From: a virus
Lineage: Duplodnaviria; Caudoviricetes
Length of the DNA: 64,000 nucleotides
Virus record (IMG/VR): IMGVR_UViG_2974795854_000001
Span: 8,980-72,979 of that record
Direction: 5' to 3' (one strand)
Under the pieces are notes generated by a model. It ran no database searches and was not told the origin of the DNA. It saw only the letters and a list, made by a program, of their open reading frames with translations. This document shows, piece by piece, positions 43,860 to 52,932 of this stretch. Every line of letters starts with the position of its first letter. Position 1 is the first letter of the stretch. The translations under genes were made by a program, and so were the position numbers.

Positions 43860-45008
43860 ATGAAAAAAGGAATAGATGTAAAAGTAAGGGATGTATTAGA
43901 AAACAGCTCGGTCGCTTATAGCGTATTAGAGTTCTGTGTAAAAGACACTTGTAGAGGTCTAGATATGTCTAATTTACTAGATAGGCCATTATCCTCAGTA
44001 ATATTCTCTAAAATAAATTGGGGGAAGTGTTTAGACCATGGTATAGGTTGGGCTTCGATATACCCTCTCACCACGGATTCAGAAACAGACGTACTGACTA
44101 TGATAAGTAGTATACTAGATCAGTACAAGCTTGGTAAAGAGGAGACAGGGAAGGATATTGTACAAGGGGTAAAAGAGCCCGAAACTACAATCACTCTTGA
44201 AGATTTAATTAAGGTAGCTAAAGAAAGGTACCCAGAAGGTACTCCCTACATTCCGCTATCATTCGGGAATAATGCATCTCCACGTGTATCTAAAGGAGAT
44301 ATATCCGGAGGTTTTTCAAACAATGTATGGGAGGTCAATGTATCTGGATACATATATAGAAATGGCAAGTGGGCTGAAATATTAGACAAAAAAGAAACTA
44401 AAGAAGAGACCTTAAAAAAGAACTTAGAAAAAGCCAAGAAATTCTACAAAAAAGGAGTAGTATACAGGTCTGTTAGAGGTTTCAGTGGTATGGAAGGAGT
44501 TACAGTTACGTCTAACGGAGAGATAAAGTCTAACAATAAAGGGGATATTTGGACGTATAACCAGAAAGGATTCCTCTACAGCAATGGAAAATGGGCTGAT
44601 ATAGTAAATAATCCGGAAAAAGAGACGAAAACCTCGACCAAAGACGTTAATTTAGAAATAGCCACGGAGTTCTACAAAAAAGGGGTGGTATACAAACCTA
44701 TTAGAAGTGTCGTTAGTATGGAAGGGTCGGTAATTAAGTCTAACGGAGAGATAAGGACTAATAATAGAGGAGATATTTGGACGTGTAGCCAGAAAGGGTA
44801 CATCTACCACAATGGAAGATGGGCTGATGTAATAACCGATAAAGAGGTGCCGGTATATGGAAACCCTTTTGAAGAGATTTTTAAAAGTTCAGGTAAATCA
44901 TTTATAGAAAGTCCTAACACACCGACTCCTACCACCGTAGGCCACAAAGACATGGAGATGTCTGACGTCAAACTTAAAAAAATTAGAAAATCAAAATTGA
45001 AATATTAA
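43860..45008 (+). CDS. protein with three internal repeats (..GYxYxNGxWAxI..)
   Basis: Repeated A.kFYKKGVVY...SNGEI..NN.GDIWT...KG..Y.NG.WAD units. Confidence 0.7.
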   Translation: MKKGIDVKVRDVLENSSVAYSVLEFCVKDTCRGLDMSNLLDRPLSSVIFSKINWGKCLDHGIGWASIYPLTTDSETDVLTMISSILDQYKLGKEETGKDIVQGVKEPETTITLEDLIKVAKERYPEGTPYIPLSFGNNASPRVSKGDISGGFSNNVWEVNVSGYIYRNGKWAEILDKKETKEETLKKNLEKAKKFYKKGVVYRSVRGFSGMEGVTVTSNGEIKSNNKGDIWTYNQKGFLYSNGKWADIVNNPEKETKTSTKDVNLEIATEFYKKGVVYKPIRSVVSMEGSVIKSNGEIRTNNRGDIWTCSQKGYIYHNGRWADVITDKEVPVYGNPFEEIFKSSGKSFIESPNTPTPTTVGHKDMEMSDVKLKKIRKSKLKY

Positions 45009-45027
45009 CTAAGTAAATTATATAATT

Positions 45028-45378
45028 ATGAGTAAAACAAAAACAACAGCAGAGTCCTTCTTAGAAAGTTTTAAAGCGTTTTTAAAAGGAGACGACGATT
45101 CAGTACTAGCGGGAAAAGCTTACAGACAAGCACAAAGCTCTTTAAAATCTCATATCTCCTCTTACGAAGGTGATACAATAGACTTTGAAGACATGGTAAC
45201 AAAGAGTAAAGAGCATTTAGAAGGCTCTAAAGTAAACTTTGGAAACCCTATCTCAGATAGAAAGGATTACATTACAGCGTTACTAACAGCTAAGAACAAC
45301 TTAACGGAAGCAGAGCAAAATCTACAAGATCATTTAGATAAGATAAGCTTCTTGAGAGATGTTTTAGACAACCAGTAA
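45028..45378 (+). CDS. coiled-coil hypothetical protein
   Basis: 116 aa, helical. Confidence 0.65.
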   Translation: MSKTKTTAESFLESFKAFLKGDDDSVLAGKAYRQAQSSLKSHISSYEGDTIDFEDMVTKSKEHLEGSKVNFGNPISDRKDYITALLTAKNNLTEAEQNLQDHLDKISFLRDVLDNQ

Positions 45379-45390
45379 TCAATCTGGTAA

Positions 45391-45460
45391 GGAGGTAGAT
45401 GCATATATGGAAAACAGGGGCCTCATAAGCGCCGATACCGGTTCAACTCCGGCGCCTCCA
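45391..45460 (+). tRNA. solo atypical tRNA(CAT), Met or Ile2-like
   Basis: GGAGGT/GCCTCC-A acceptor, GGGGC-CT-CAT-AA-GCGCC, T-loop TTCAACT, poorly paired D-arm. Confidence 0.6.
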
Positions 45461-45482
45461 CTAATAATTAAAAACAAAAGTT

Positions 45483-46214
45483 ATGAAAGTATTTGTAATG
45501 GGAGACATCCACGGATCTGCAAAGGGCTTAAAGCAATGTTTAGAAAGGTCTGGGTTTGATAAAGATGTAGATAAGCTAATACAGCTAGGAGATATTGCAG
45601 ACGGTTGGGATGATACTCCCGAGTGTGTAGATATACTACTGGGCATAAAGAATTTAGTGGCTATCAGAGGTAATCACGATGTGTGGTGCCACGATTGGAT
45701 TAAGTACGGAAGTGCTTCAAGTAGTTGGCTTAGACACGGGGGAGAGTCTACAGTATACTCTTACGTAGATAAAGAATTAATACAAGACGAAAGGCACTTA
45801 AAGTTTTGGGAAGACCAAGTAGATTGGTATATAGACGATGAAAACAGACTCTTTGTACATGCAGGTTGGGATTATTCTCACCATGGAGATTTTGAAAGGC
45901 AGGCAAGCTTGAAAGTTAACGAAGGCTCTATAGCCAAAGAATGCCATTGGAATAGAGATTTGTACAGATCTGCGCTATCTCTTAGAAATAGAAAGGAGTT
46001 AGATAGCTTCAAGCCACTTAAGCAATTCAAGGAGATATACATTGGCCACACTTCACATAACAAAAGAAAACCTTTTTGGGTAGGTAATCTATGTAACATG
46101 GACACCGGAGCAGGCCGGAGAGGTCATCTTTGTATAATGGACATGGACACCAAAGAGTTTTGGTTATCAGATAGAAGTAAAGACCTATATCCGAACTCCA
46201 AAGGAAGGGGATAA
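45483..46214 (+). CDS. calcineurin-like metallophosphoesterase (lambda NinI-like)
   Basis: GDIHG, GDIAD, GNHD, HAG, GHT and DTG motifs. Confidence 0.9.
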   Translation: MKVFVMGDIHGSAKGLKQCLERSGFDKDVDKLIQLGDIADGWDDTPECVDILLGIKNLVAIRGNHDVWCHDWIKYGSASSSWLRHGGESTVYSYVDKELIQDERHLKFWEDQVDWYIDDENRLFVHAGWDYSHHGDFERQASLKVNEGSIAKECHWNRDLYRSALSLRNRKELDSFKPLKQFKEIYIGHTSHNKRKPFWVGNLCNMDTGAGRRGHLCIMDMDTKEFWLSDRSKDLYPNSKGRG

Positions 46215-46235
46215 ACACTATCAAAAATACAGGAT

Positions 46236-46610
46236 ATGAAAGAGCATATAGAAAAGATTTTCAGGTCGGGCCAAACAGAGTCAGACTTTGAGATATACAA
46301 AAAGTTTCTAAGGATAATAAATAAAGAGGGGAGTAAGATTTTCCAAAAAGGTATAGACAAGTACATAATCCTAAATGAGTCCGAAGGTTGTTGTATAACA
46401 GTTGGAGGCAGGGTCGTAGAGTTGATACAAGACGGAAATATAATACTACTATCGGTAAACGAAGCTATAGCAGATAAAATGGTTAAGGTTACTATAAATA
46501 GGATAGAATCTAAAGTAAAGGAGCTACTAGATAGGGTAGACTCTCTTAGAGTAAAAGTAATAAAGGGTTTAAAAGACGAGACCGTAGACCTATCTAGAAT
46601 AATGCCGTAA
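46236..46610 (+). CDS. hypothetical protein
   Basis: 124 aa ORF. Confidence 0.6.
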   Translation: MKEHIEKIFRSGQTESDFEIYKKFLRIINKEGSKIFQKGIDKYIILNESEGCCITVGGRVVELIQDGNIILLSVNEAIADKMVKVTINRIESKVKELLDRVDSLRVKVIKGLKDETVDLSRIMP

Positions 46611-46664
46611 GATTTGGAATTTCCATTTAGTTTTGCTATATTTGCTAATATATAAATTACAAAT

Positions 46665-47177
46665 ATGCAAGATACTTATAAAAGGATTTACAAAATGGCA
46701 GAATCAGAGCTGCAAAAAAAGCCGTTTGATTTTGGTGACCATTTAGCCTATATTTATAAGGGCTTCAAAATATCAAAGAGAAATAGTGGGGAATACACTT
46801 GGAAGGATGTCAGATTTAGTGACTACTACGACGAAGTAGACCCCAAGATTACGGAGAATGTTTTAAGACTAGGTTTTGTAAAGACTTTACTAATGGTTAT
46901 GGTTCATAATGACCAAGATAAGCTTACCAGTATAAACAGACAAATAATAACTATTGATACAGAGATTAATTATTGGACAGCACAAGCCACCTTAGCGTAT
47001 TCAAATATGAAAAAGGGGAGCCAGAAGCCTAAGTCTAACACAGACAAGCTTCTTAAATCATACGAAAAGTCTAAGAAACTGTATGAGAAGAAAAGAAGAC
47101 TGCTTAAAGAAAGTAAAGAGTCTTTAAGGTCAGACTTCGAGTATTACGAAAACAGAATAAAATCATATAACAATTAA
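46665..47177 (+). CDS. hypothetical protein
   Basis: 170 aa, preceded by a TATATTTG promoter element near 46637. Confidence 0.65.
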   Translation: MQDTYKRIYKMAESELQKKPFDFGDHLAYIYKGFKISKRNSGEYTWKDVRFSDYYDEVDPKITENVLRLGFVKTLLMVMVHNDQDKLTSINRQIITIDTEINYWTAQATLAYSNMKKGSQKPKSNTDKLLKSYEKSKKLYEKKRRLLKESKESLRSDFEYYENRIKSYNN

Positions 47178-47189
47178 ATTCAATTAAAT

Positions 47190-47930
47190 ATGGCGATTAA
47201 CACAAGGGGAGCAGGAGCTTCAAACACGACTTACGTAGGAGTTTACGCAAGCGAATTAGTATTAGAGAACACCGATGAGGCGAAGTTAACCTCAAAGTTA
47301 GAATCTCTAGGCCTTAATCCGGAGGATATTCTTGAAAGAAAGAAGACTAAAGGTAAGAACGAAGGTCAGGTAGTATATTACTACATTTTAAGAAACTTAG
47401 AGGCTAAGATTACCGGAGTTTCAATCAACGAAGCTGATTGGGGTGATATGGTAGAAGTTAGCATGGCTGACGTAGATGACAAGTATGTTATCTCGCTTGG
47501 AGATGTGTTCAGTAGAACATCTAAGGATTTTATTAGAAGAATCGGTAATTTAGATTTAACCAAAGAAGTAGATTTTGGTCTGTGGAACATGACTGCAGAA
47601 GAGACTGGGAAGTCTTCTAGAAGCGGTGTAAAAATGTATCAAGATGATGAGAAGGTAGATTACTTCCTTACTTATGACGATATGCCTGAGCCAGTCCAAA
47701 AGAAAAAAGGACGTCTTACAGAGTGGGATTACTCAGAGCAAGAAACTTTCATCTATGACCACTTAGTTGACTTCATCAAGGAAAACTTTAAAGATGGCGC
47801 ACCTTCTGAGGATGCAAGTGGAGAAGACTCTGCTCCTAAAGAGGAAGTAAAGGCTAAGCCTGAGCGTAAGAAGAGAGCTAAGGCCTCTGACGCTAAAGAG
47901 GATAAACCAAAGAGTAACAAACCATTCTAA
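47190..47930 (+). CDS. putative single-stranded DNA-binding/replication protein
   Basis: Position at the head of the replication module and charged flexible tail ending in PF. Function is inferred. Confidence 0.4.
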   Translation: MAINTRGAGASNTTYVGVYASELVLENTDEAKLTSKLESLGLNPEDILERKKTKGKNEGQVVYYYILRNLEAKITGVSINEADWGDMVEVSMADVDDKYVISLGDVFSRTSKDFIRRIGNLDLTKEVDFGLWNMTAEETGKSSRSGVKMYQDDEKVDYFLTYDDMPEPVQKKKGRLTEWDYSEQETFIYDHLVDFIKENFKDGAPSEDASGEDSAPKEEVKAKPERKKRAKASDAKEDKPKSNKPF

Positions 47931-47938
47931 GAATATAG

Positions 47939-48670
47939 ATGGTACCAATAGGTAAATTATGGGCGGATGCGTATTTTTCTACGTTGTCTGCCCATTCTAA
48001 ACTCTTGTATATTTACTTAGCGACCCAACCTCAAATAAGCACTCTAGGAGTGTTGGTATTGAGAGACGAGTCTTTAAATACAGACTTAAACATAGGGATT
48101 ACTGGGAAAGTTGAAATAGAAGAGAGTATAGAAGAATTAAAAGAGAGTGGGTATTTAGTTCATTTCAAAGATGGTTTATTTAACGTTTTTATAATAAAAG
48201 AACATTTCTTATCGCTATCTAAATCAAAACTTAACATCCGTAAGGCTATAGAAGAGGGGAAGGCCTCTCGATATAGGGATGAACTATTAGAGATCTACAC
48301 AGAAGATGACTTCAAGCCACCATTAGCGTTTACACCTCCAACACCTGAGGAAGCTACACAACACGCATTGGAAAAAGGCTACATAGTAAACGGAAAAACT
48401 TTCGTTGACTACTACGCCAGTAATGACTGGTATAATAAAAATAATAAGAAAATAAGAAGTTGGAAACTCACACTAGAAAAAGTATGGTGTCGAGAAGAAA
48501 ACAAGCTAGAGGCCGTAGACGGTGCTCCTAAAGGATATGAATATTTCTTCATAACCACGGACGATGGTACTAGAGTTTCTCCAAAAGGTTGGAGGGATGG
48601 TATACCTACGCATAGTAATTATATCATGGCTGAGCTTCTTAGAAGAGAGTTTGAAAAATCAAAAAAGTAA
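47939..48670 (+). CDS. replication initiator/replisome organiser-like protein
   Basis: N-terminal wHTH-like region and FTPPTPEE...FVDYY..NDW......IRSWK motif. Confidence 0.6.
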   Translation: MVPIGKLWADAYFSTLSAHSKLLYIYLATQPQISTLGVLVLRDESLNTDLNIGITGKVEIEESIEELKESGYLVHFKDGLFNVFIIKEHFLSLSKSKLNIRKAIEEGKASRYRDELLEIYTEDDFKPPLAFTPPTPEEATQHALEKGYIVNGKTFVDYYASNDWYNKNNKKIRSWKLTLEKVWCREENKLEAVDGAPKGYEYFFITTDDGTRVSPKGWRDGIPTHSNYIMAELLRREFEKSKK

Positions 48671-48672
48671 CT

Positions 48673-49161
48673 ATGAAGTTTTACATAAAAGAAGATTGCG
48701 GAGATAGGTATTTAGGCGAGAACGGAGTGTTTTTACCAACCAAAGAAGGGGCAAATATCTACGAATCAAAAGACGTATATAAAGTAATGTCTGACTTAAG
48801 TGCCCCTGTGTCAGCATATCCTGTTAACTACTTAGATCCTAGTGACGTGAGCTTAAGTGACCTTTCCACTCTGTATCCGGAAGACTCGAAGTGCTTAATA
48901 TACTACCCCCTTTCGGGGGCTTTTTATAGAGAGCCTTGTGGAGGAGTTACACAAAACCCTGAGTCAGCCCACAAGTATGACCTTAAAGGGGTTGAGAATT
49001 TCTCGGGGTCAGGTATGTGGTTTATCCCATGCCACGACCCTGTTGAAGAATTATTCATATACTCCGAAAGATTTAAGGGGTTCTTAAAGTTAGACCCCTC
49101 TAGCCCAATTGTACAGGAGTCTGAATTAATCGGGAGAGAGGGTATATCAATTGTTCTATAA
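48673..49161 (+). CDS. hypothetical protein, tandem paralog 1
   Basis: Shares MKFYIK... and ...FLKxDPxSPxxQExELIGREGISxxL with the next gene. Confidence 0.7.
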   Translation: MKFYIKEDCGDRYLGENGVFLPTKEGANIYESKDVYKVMSDLSAPVSAYPVNYLDPSDVSLSDLSTLYPEDSKCLIYYPLSGAFYREPCGGVTQNPESAHKYDLKGVENFSGSGMWFIPCHDPVEELFIYSERFKGFLKLDPSSPIVQESELIGREGISIVL

Positions 49162-49188
49162 TAAGTAACACTATCAAAAAAAATAACT

Positions 49189-49677
49189 ATGAAGTTTTAT
49201 ATAAAAGTATTCGGCGAAGATTTATTTATAGGCGGTAATAATAGACGAGTGTCGGATAAAGCACAAGCAAAGGTTTACGAAGTAAGCGAAGTATTAGAGG
49301 CAATAACTGGTTTAAATGAAAGAGTAATTGCAGTACCTCTTGAGTATATTGACCTTAGTGAACGTGACTTAACTAAAGAAAGTATATTATATATTCCAAA
49401 CACAAGGTTTTTATTGTACAGCCCAGTAACCGGAGTCTTTTTTAAAGAGCCTTATAAAGGAAATACAATAGACCCGGGTGGAGCTTACCAATACAGCTTA
49501 AAAGAAGTTAAATTCTACGGAGGTAGAATAAACTGGGCTCTCCCTTGTTCTGAGATTAGTTCAGAGGTGTTTGTCTACTCTACTCAACTTGGAAGGTTCT
49601 TAAAGGTAGACCCTCTTAGTCCAACCATACAGGAGCCTGAATTAATTGGGAGAGAAGGTATATCAGTTATACTATAA
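49189..49677 (+). CDS. hypothetical protein, tandem paralog 2
   Basis: Same length (162 aa) and termini as 48673..49161. Confidence 0.7.
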   Translation: MKFYIKVFGEDLFIGGNNRRVSDKAQAKVYEVSEVLEAITGLNERVIAVPLEYIDLSERDLTKESILYIPNTRFLLYSPVTGVFFKEPYKGNTIDPGGAYQYSLKEVKFYGGRINWALPCSEISSEVFVYSTQLGRFLKVDPLSPTIQEPELIGREGISVIL

Positions 49678-49703
49678 CAAATAAAATTATCAAAAAAACA
49701 AAT

Positions 49704-51596
49704 ATGGCGTACAGAGAAACAGCAGAGTCTTACTTAAAAGCGGGCCTAAACCCCGTGCCGCTAAATAAAGGAGATAAAATACCTAACATATCAGGTTGGG
49801 GCCTCCCAATAGGAGAAGACTTATCAGGGTTCGACTTCCAAGAGATTGGAGTTTGTACGGGGTCAGTATCAGGAGGACTTGAGGTACTAGATATGGATTT
49901 AGATGTCTTAGAAAATCAAGATGAGGTTTGGGAGGATTGGAAGTCTAAGATACCTGATAACATATTAAGAAAATTAGTAGTAGCTAAAACTAAGAGTGGT
50001 GGTTACCACTTAATGTATAGAACTTCTGTAGTAGAAGGTAATCAGAAATTGGCATCTAAGGCAAATAAAGATGTCATAATGGAGACCAGAGGACAAGGAG
50101 GTTATATTAAGTGCTACCCGTCCGAGGGTTACGAGATTATCTACGGAGATATTCTTGACATACAGTTTATAGAGAACTACGAAAGAAATGTACTTATAAC
50201 TACTTGTAAGACATACGACGAAAGGATTAGAGAAAAGAAAACCTTTTACGGTGATGGAGAATTTAAAGACCCCTTCCCAAAGTACAATGAAGACCCTGAC
50301 ATAGGGTTAGATATACTTGAAGAAGCAGGTTGGGAAGTATTAAGAGAGGATGCAAACTGGGTTTACCTAAGGAGGCCGGACAAACAAAGATATGGAGTGT
50401 CTGCCACTTACAACTTAGATGGTAATTTCCTTTACGTATTCTCAACCTCTACTGGATTCGATACAGAGAAGCCTTACAGTAACTCTGCAATCTACTCTAT
50501 TATAAATGCAGACGGAGATTTTGCTAAAGGGTACAGACAACTACGTAAAATGGGGTATGGTGTAGACCTCCCTAAAGAAGACGAGGATGAGGATGATACT
50601 GATTACAGTGACTTGTCCTTTATATCTTGGGCAGGCGAAGACGAAGAAAAGTTAGACCAATACATATCGGGTGATATTCCATTAGGATTATCTTTCGGTT
50701 GGCCTGACTTAGATCCGTACTACGTATTTAAAGAGAAGACCTTAAACTTTGTACTCGCCTTTGAAGGTGTAGGGAAGACGTTCATGGTTCTCCATAAATT
50801 AGTAGGCCTATCTGTTCTTTACGGCAAGAAGTTTGCTATATGTTGCGGAGAGAATGATGTAGGTACAGTAAAGAGATATCTTTTAGAGGCCCTTTGCGGT
50901 AAACAAATCTCTTACTATAAAGGTAGAGACAAGGAGTTGCAAGTGTTTAAAGACTTTATGTACTCTCACTTCTTTATCTTTAAGAACGAAGAGTTTTTCT
51001 CAGTAGAGGATATTCTTAAGAGGGCAGAGGTTTTAAATAAGTTCCACAATTTAGATGGACTATTTATTGACCCGTTCTCATACTTTAAGAAGCCTGCTGC
51101 AAATACTTACAACTATAATGACGACCTTCTTTCAAGGCTTAACATTTACAGTAAGAAAATTATGGCAGTATTTATGTCTGTACACCCTAACACGGAGGCG
51201 GCCAGAGCACCTAGAGACCAAGATGGGTACCTAAAAGCTCCATACCACTACGATGCAATCGGAGGGAATATGTTTGCTAACAGATGCGACGGGTTCTTAG
51301 TGTATCATAGGATAACAAACCATAAGGTAGATGCCTTAAAGAGGATGATGGACATAAGGTCTGCAAAGATAAAAGATTATGATACAGGAGGTAGTATAAC
51401 ACCTGCTAGCGAGTCTACAGCTCTATCTTATAAGACTGTAGATGGATTTAGAGGCTACTTCGATAGCTCCAATAGAAATCCTATGTATGAGTCTTTAAAG
51501 AAACAAGGAATTGTTACTGAGGAGAAGGTTATACCTAAGAAGACTGCGGAGGATGCGTTCGGAGACGACACTAAACCAATAGTAAGACCATTTTAA
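49704..51596 (+). CDS. bifunctional Prim-Pol primase / SF4 helicase
   Basis: N-terminal Prim-Pol motifs (VLDMD, TKSGGYH, ETRGQGG) and C-terminal DnaB-like P-loop AFEGVGKT, FIDPFS, VHP. Confidence 0.85.
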   Translation: MAYRETAESYLKAGLNPVPLNKGDKIPNISGWGLPIGEDLSGFDFQEIGVCTGSVSGGLEVLDMDLDVLENQDEVWEDWKSKIPDNILRKLVVAKTKSGGYHLMYRTSVVEGNQKLASKANKDVIMETRGQGGYIKCYPSEGYEIIYGDILDIQFIENYERNVLITTCKTYDERIREKKTFYGDGEFKDPFPKYNEDPDIGLDILEEAGWEVLREDANWVYLRRPDKQRYGVSATYNLDGNFLYVFSTSTGFDTEKPYSNSAIYSIINADGDFAKGYRQLRKMGYGVDLPKEDEDEDDTDYSDLSFISWAGEDEEKLDQYISGDIPLGLSFGWPDLDPYYVFKEKTLNFVLAFEGVGKTFMVLHKLVGLSVLYGKKFAICCGENDVGTVKRYLLEALCGKQISYYKGRDKELQVFKDFMYSHFFIFKNEEFFSVEDILKRAEVLNKFHNLDGLFIDPFSYFKKPAANTYNYNDDLLSRLNIYSKKIMAVFMSVHPNTEAARAPRDQDGYLKAPYHYDAIGGNMFANRCDGFLVYHRITNHKVDALKRMMDIRSAKIKDYDTGGSITPASESTALSYKTVDGFRGYFDSSNRNPMYESLKKQGIVTEEKVIPKKTAEDAFGDDTKPIVRPF

Positions 51597-51763
51597 AAAT
51601 ATTAAATATGAAAGATGACATTAAAACGCTTATAGGCTACTTAGAATCATACAACGAGTCCTTTAAGGTATCGTCTATGTACTTAATGAGTAAAGAAGAG
51701 GACATGGAGATGAAGTCTAAGATAGACGAAATTAAAAAGAGGAATAAAATTAAATAAGATAAT

Positions 51764-52693
51764 ATGGGAGATAGTTTAAAGAAATTTGAAGACATGATGG
51801 AAGACGACCTTTACAAAGATTTGGAGATAACTAGAGTAGATCATAATGAAGGTGTAATAAAGGCCGCTAGAACTGCTTCTGAGGGAAAGGGTGGAGGCCT
51901 AAGGTACAACACTGGAAAATTGAGGTACGACCTACAGCACCCAGTTGCAACCGAAGGCTTAGTAAAAGTTCTAACTAAGGGGGCAGAGAAGTATGCTCCT
52001 AGGAATTGGGAAAGAGGTATGAAATGGAGCGATGTAATTCAGTCTCTAGATCGACATTGGGCAGCGTTTAAGAATGGAGAGGACTACGACCCAGAAACGG
52101 GAGAGCTTCACATAAATCACTTACAATGTAACGCTCATTTCTTATCGGCATACTACAAGATTTATCCACAAGGGGATGACAGGGCCCACGGATACTTAGA
52201 GAATGTTAAGATAGGGTTGGATATAGACGAAGTACTAGCTGATTGGTTAGGAGCTTGGACTGAATTAAGAGGTTCAGATGCACATCCAAAAGACTGGTAC
52301 TTCGATAGGGAGTTAATGGATATCTTTGGTAAGATGGAGTCAGATGGAGTATTGAACTCTTTCTTCATGGATATTAAACCTTTAATAGACCCTAAGGATA
52401 TAAACTTTGATGTACATTGTTACATAACCTCTAGGCCTATCGACTCTAAGATTACAGAAAGATGGTTAGACATACATGGATTCCCTGCTAGACCTGTATA
52501 CACAGTTAGTCCGGGGGTTTCTAAAGTAGATATCGCCAAGAGAGAGGGTATTGAAGTGTTCGTAGACGATTCGTTCGCAAACTTTAAAGCACTTAATAAC
52601 GCAGGTATTTGCTGTTTCTTAATGGACAAGAGCCATAACCGTAAGTACGACGTAGGGTTTAAAAGGATTACTAACATAAACGATATAATTTAA
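51764..52693 (+). CDS. fusion of dATP/dGTP diphosphohydrolase-like (DUF5664) domain and HAD 5'(3')-deoxyribonucleotidase
   Basis: GLRYNTGKLRYDL...KYAPRNWE.GM...SLDRH...DPETGELH.NHL.CN followed by HAD motif DIDEVLADW. Confidence 0.8.
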   Translation: MGDSLKKFEDMMEDDLYKDLEITRVDHNEGVIKAARTASEGKGGGLRYNTGKLRYDLQHPVATEGLVKVLTKGAEKYAPRNWERGMKWSDVIQSLDRHWAAFKNGEDYDPETGELHINHLQCNAHFLSAYYKIYPQGDDRAHGYLENVKIGLDIDEVLADWLGAWTELRGSDAHPKDWYFDRELMDIFGKMESDGVLNSFFMDIKPLIDPKDINFDVHCYITSRPIDSKITERWLDIHGFPARPVYTVSPGVSKVDIAKREGIEVFVDDSFANFKALNNAGICCFLMDKSHNRKYDVGFKRITNINDII

Positions 52694-52695
52694 TT

Positions 52696-52932
52696 ATGTA
52701 CAGAGTTAAGATACTTTACTTAGATGACTGGTACACTGTTTATTTAGACGGTGTATCCATAGATTCCGGTCACGTATTAGAGGCCGAAGACTTTCTACTT
52801 CTATCAGAGAAGCACGATTTTAAGCACAAAGACATTGAGACCATTTGCGTCTCTAATGAGAGAGACATAGACTATTCTATGCGGCATGGAGGATTGCCTA
52901 TAAACCTCAACTCACTTAAAGGAGAATACTAA
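52696..52932 (+). CDS. hypothetical protein
   Basis: 78 aa ORF. Confidence 0.6.
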   Translation: MYRVKILYLDDWYTVYLDGVSIDSGHVLEAEDFLLLSEKHDFKHKDIETICVSNERDIDYSMRHGGLPINLNSLKGEY

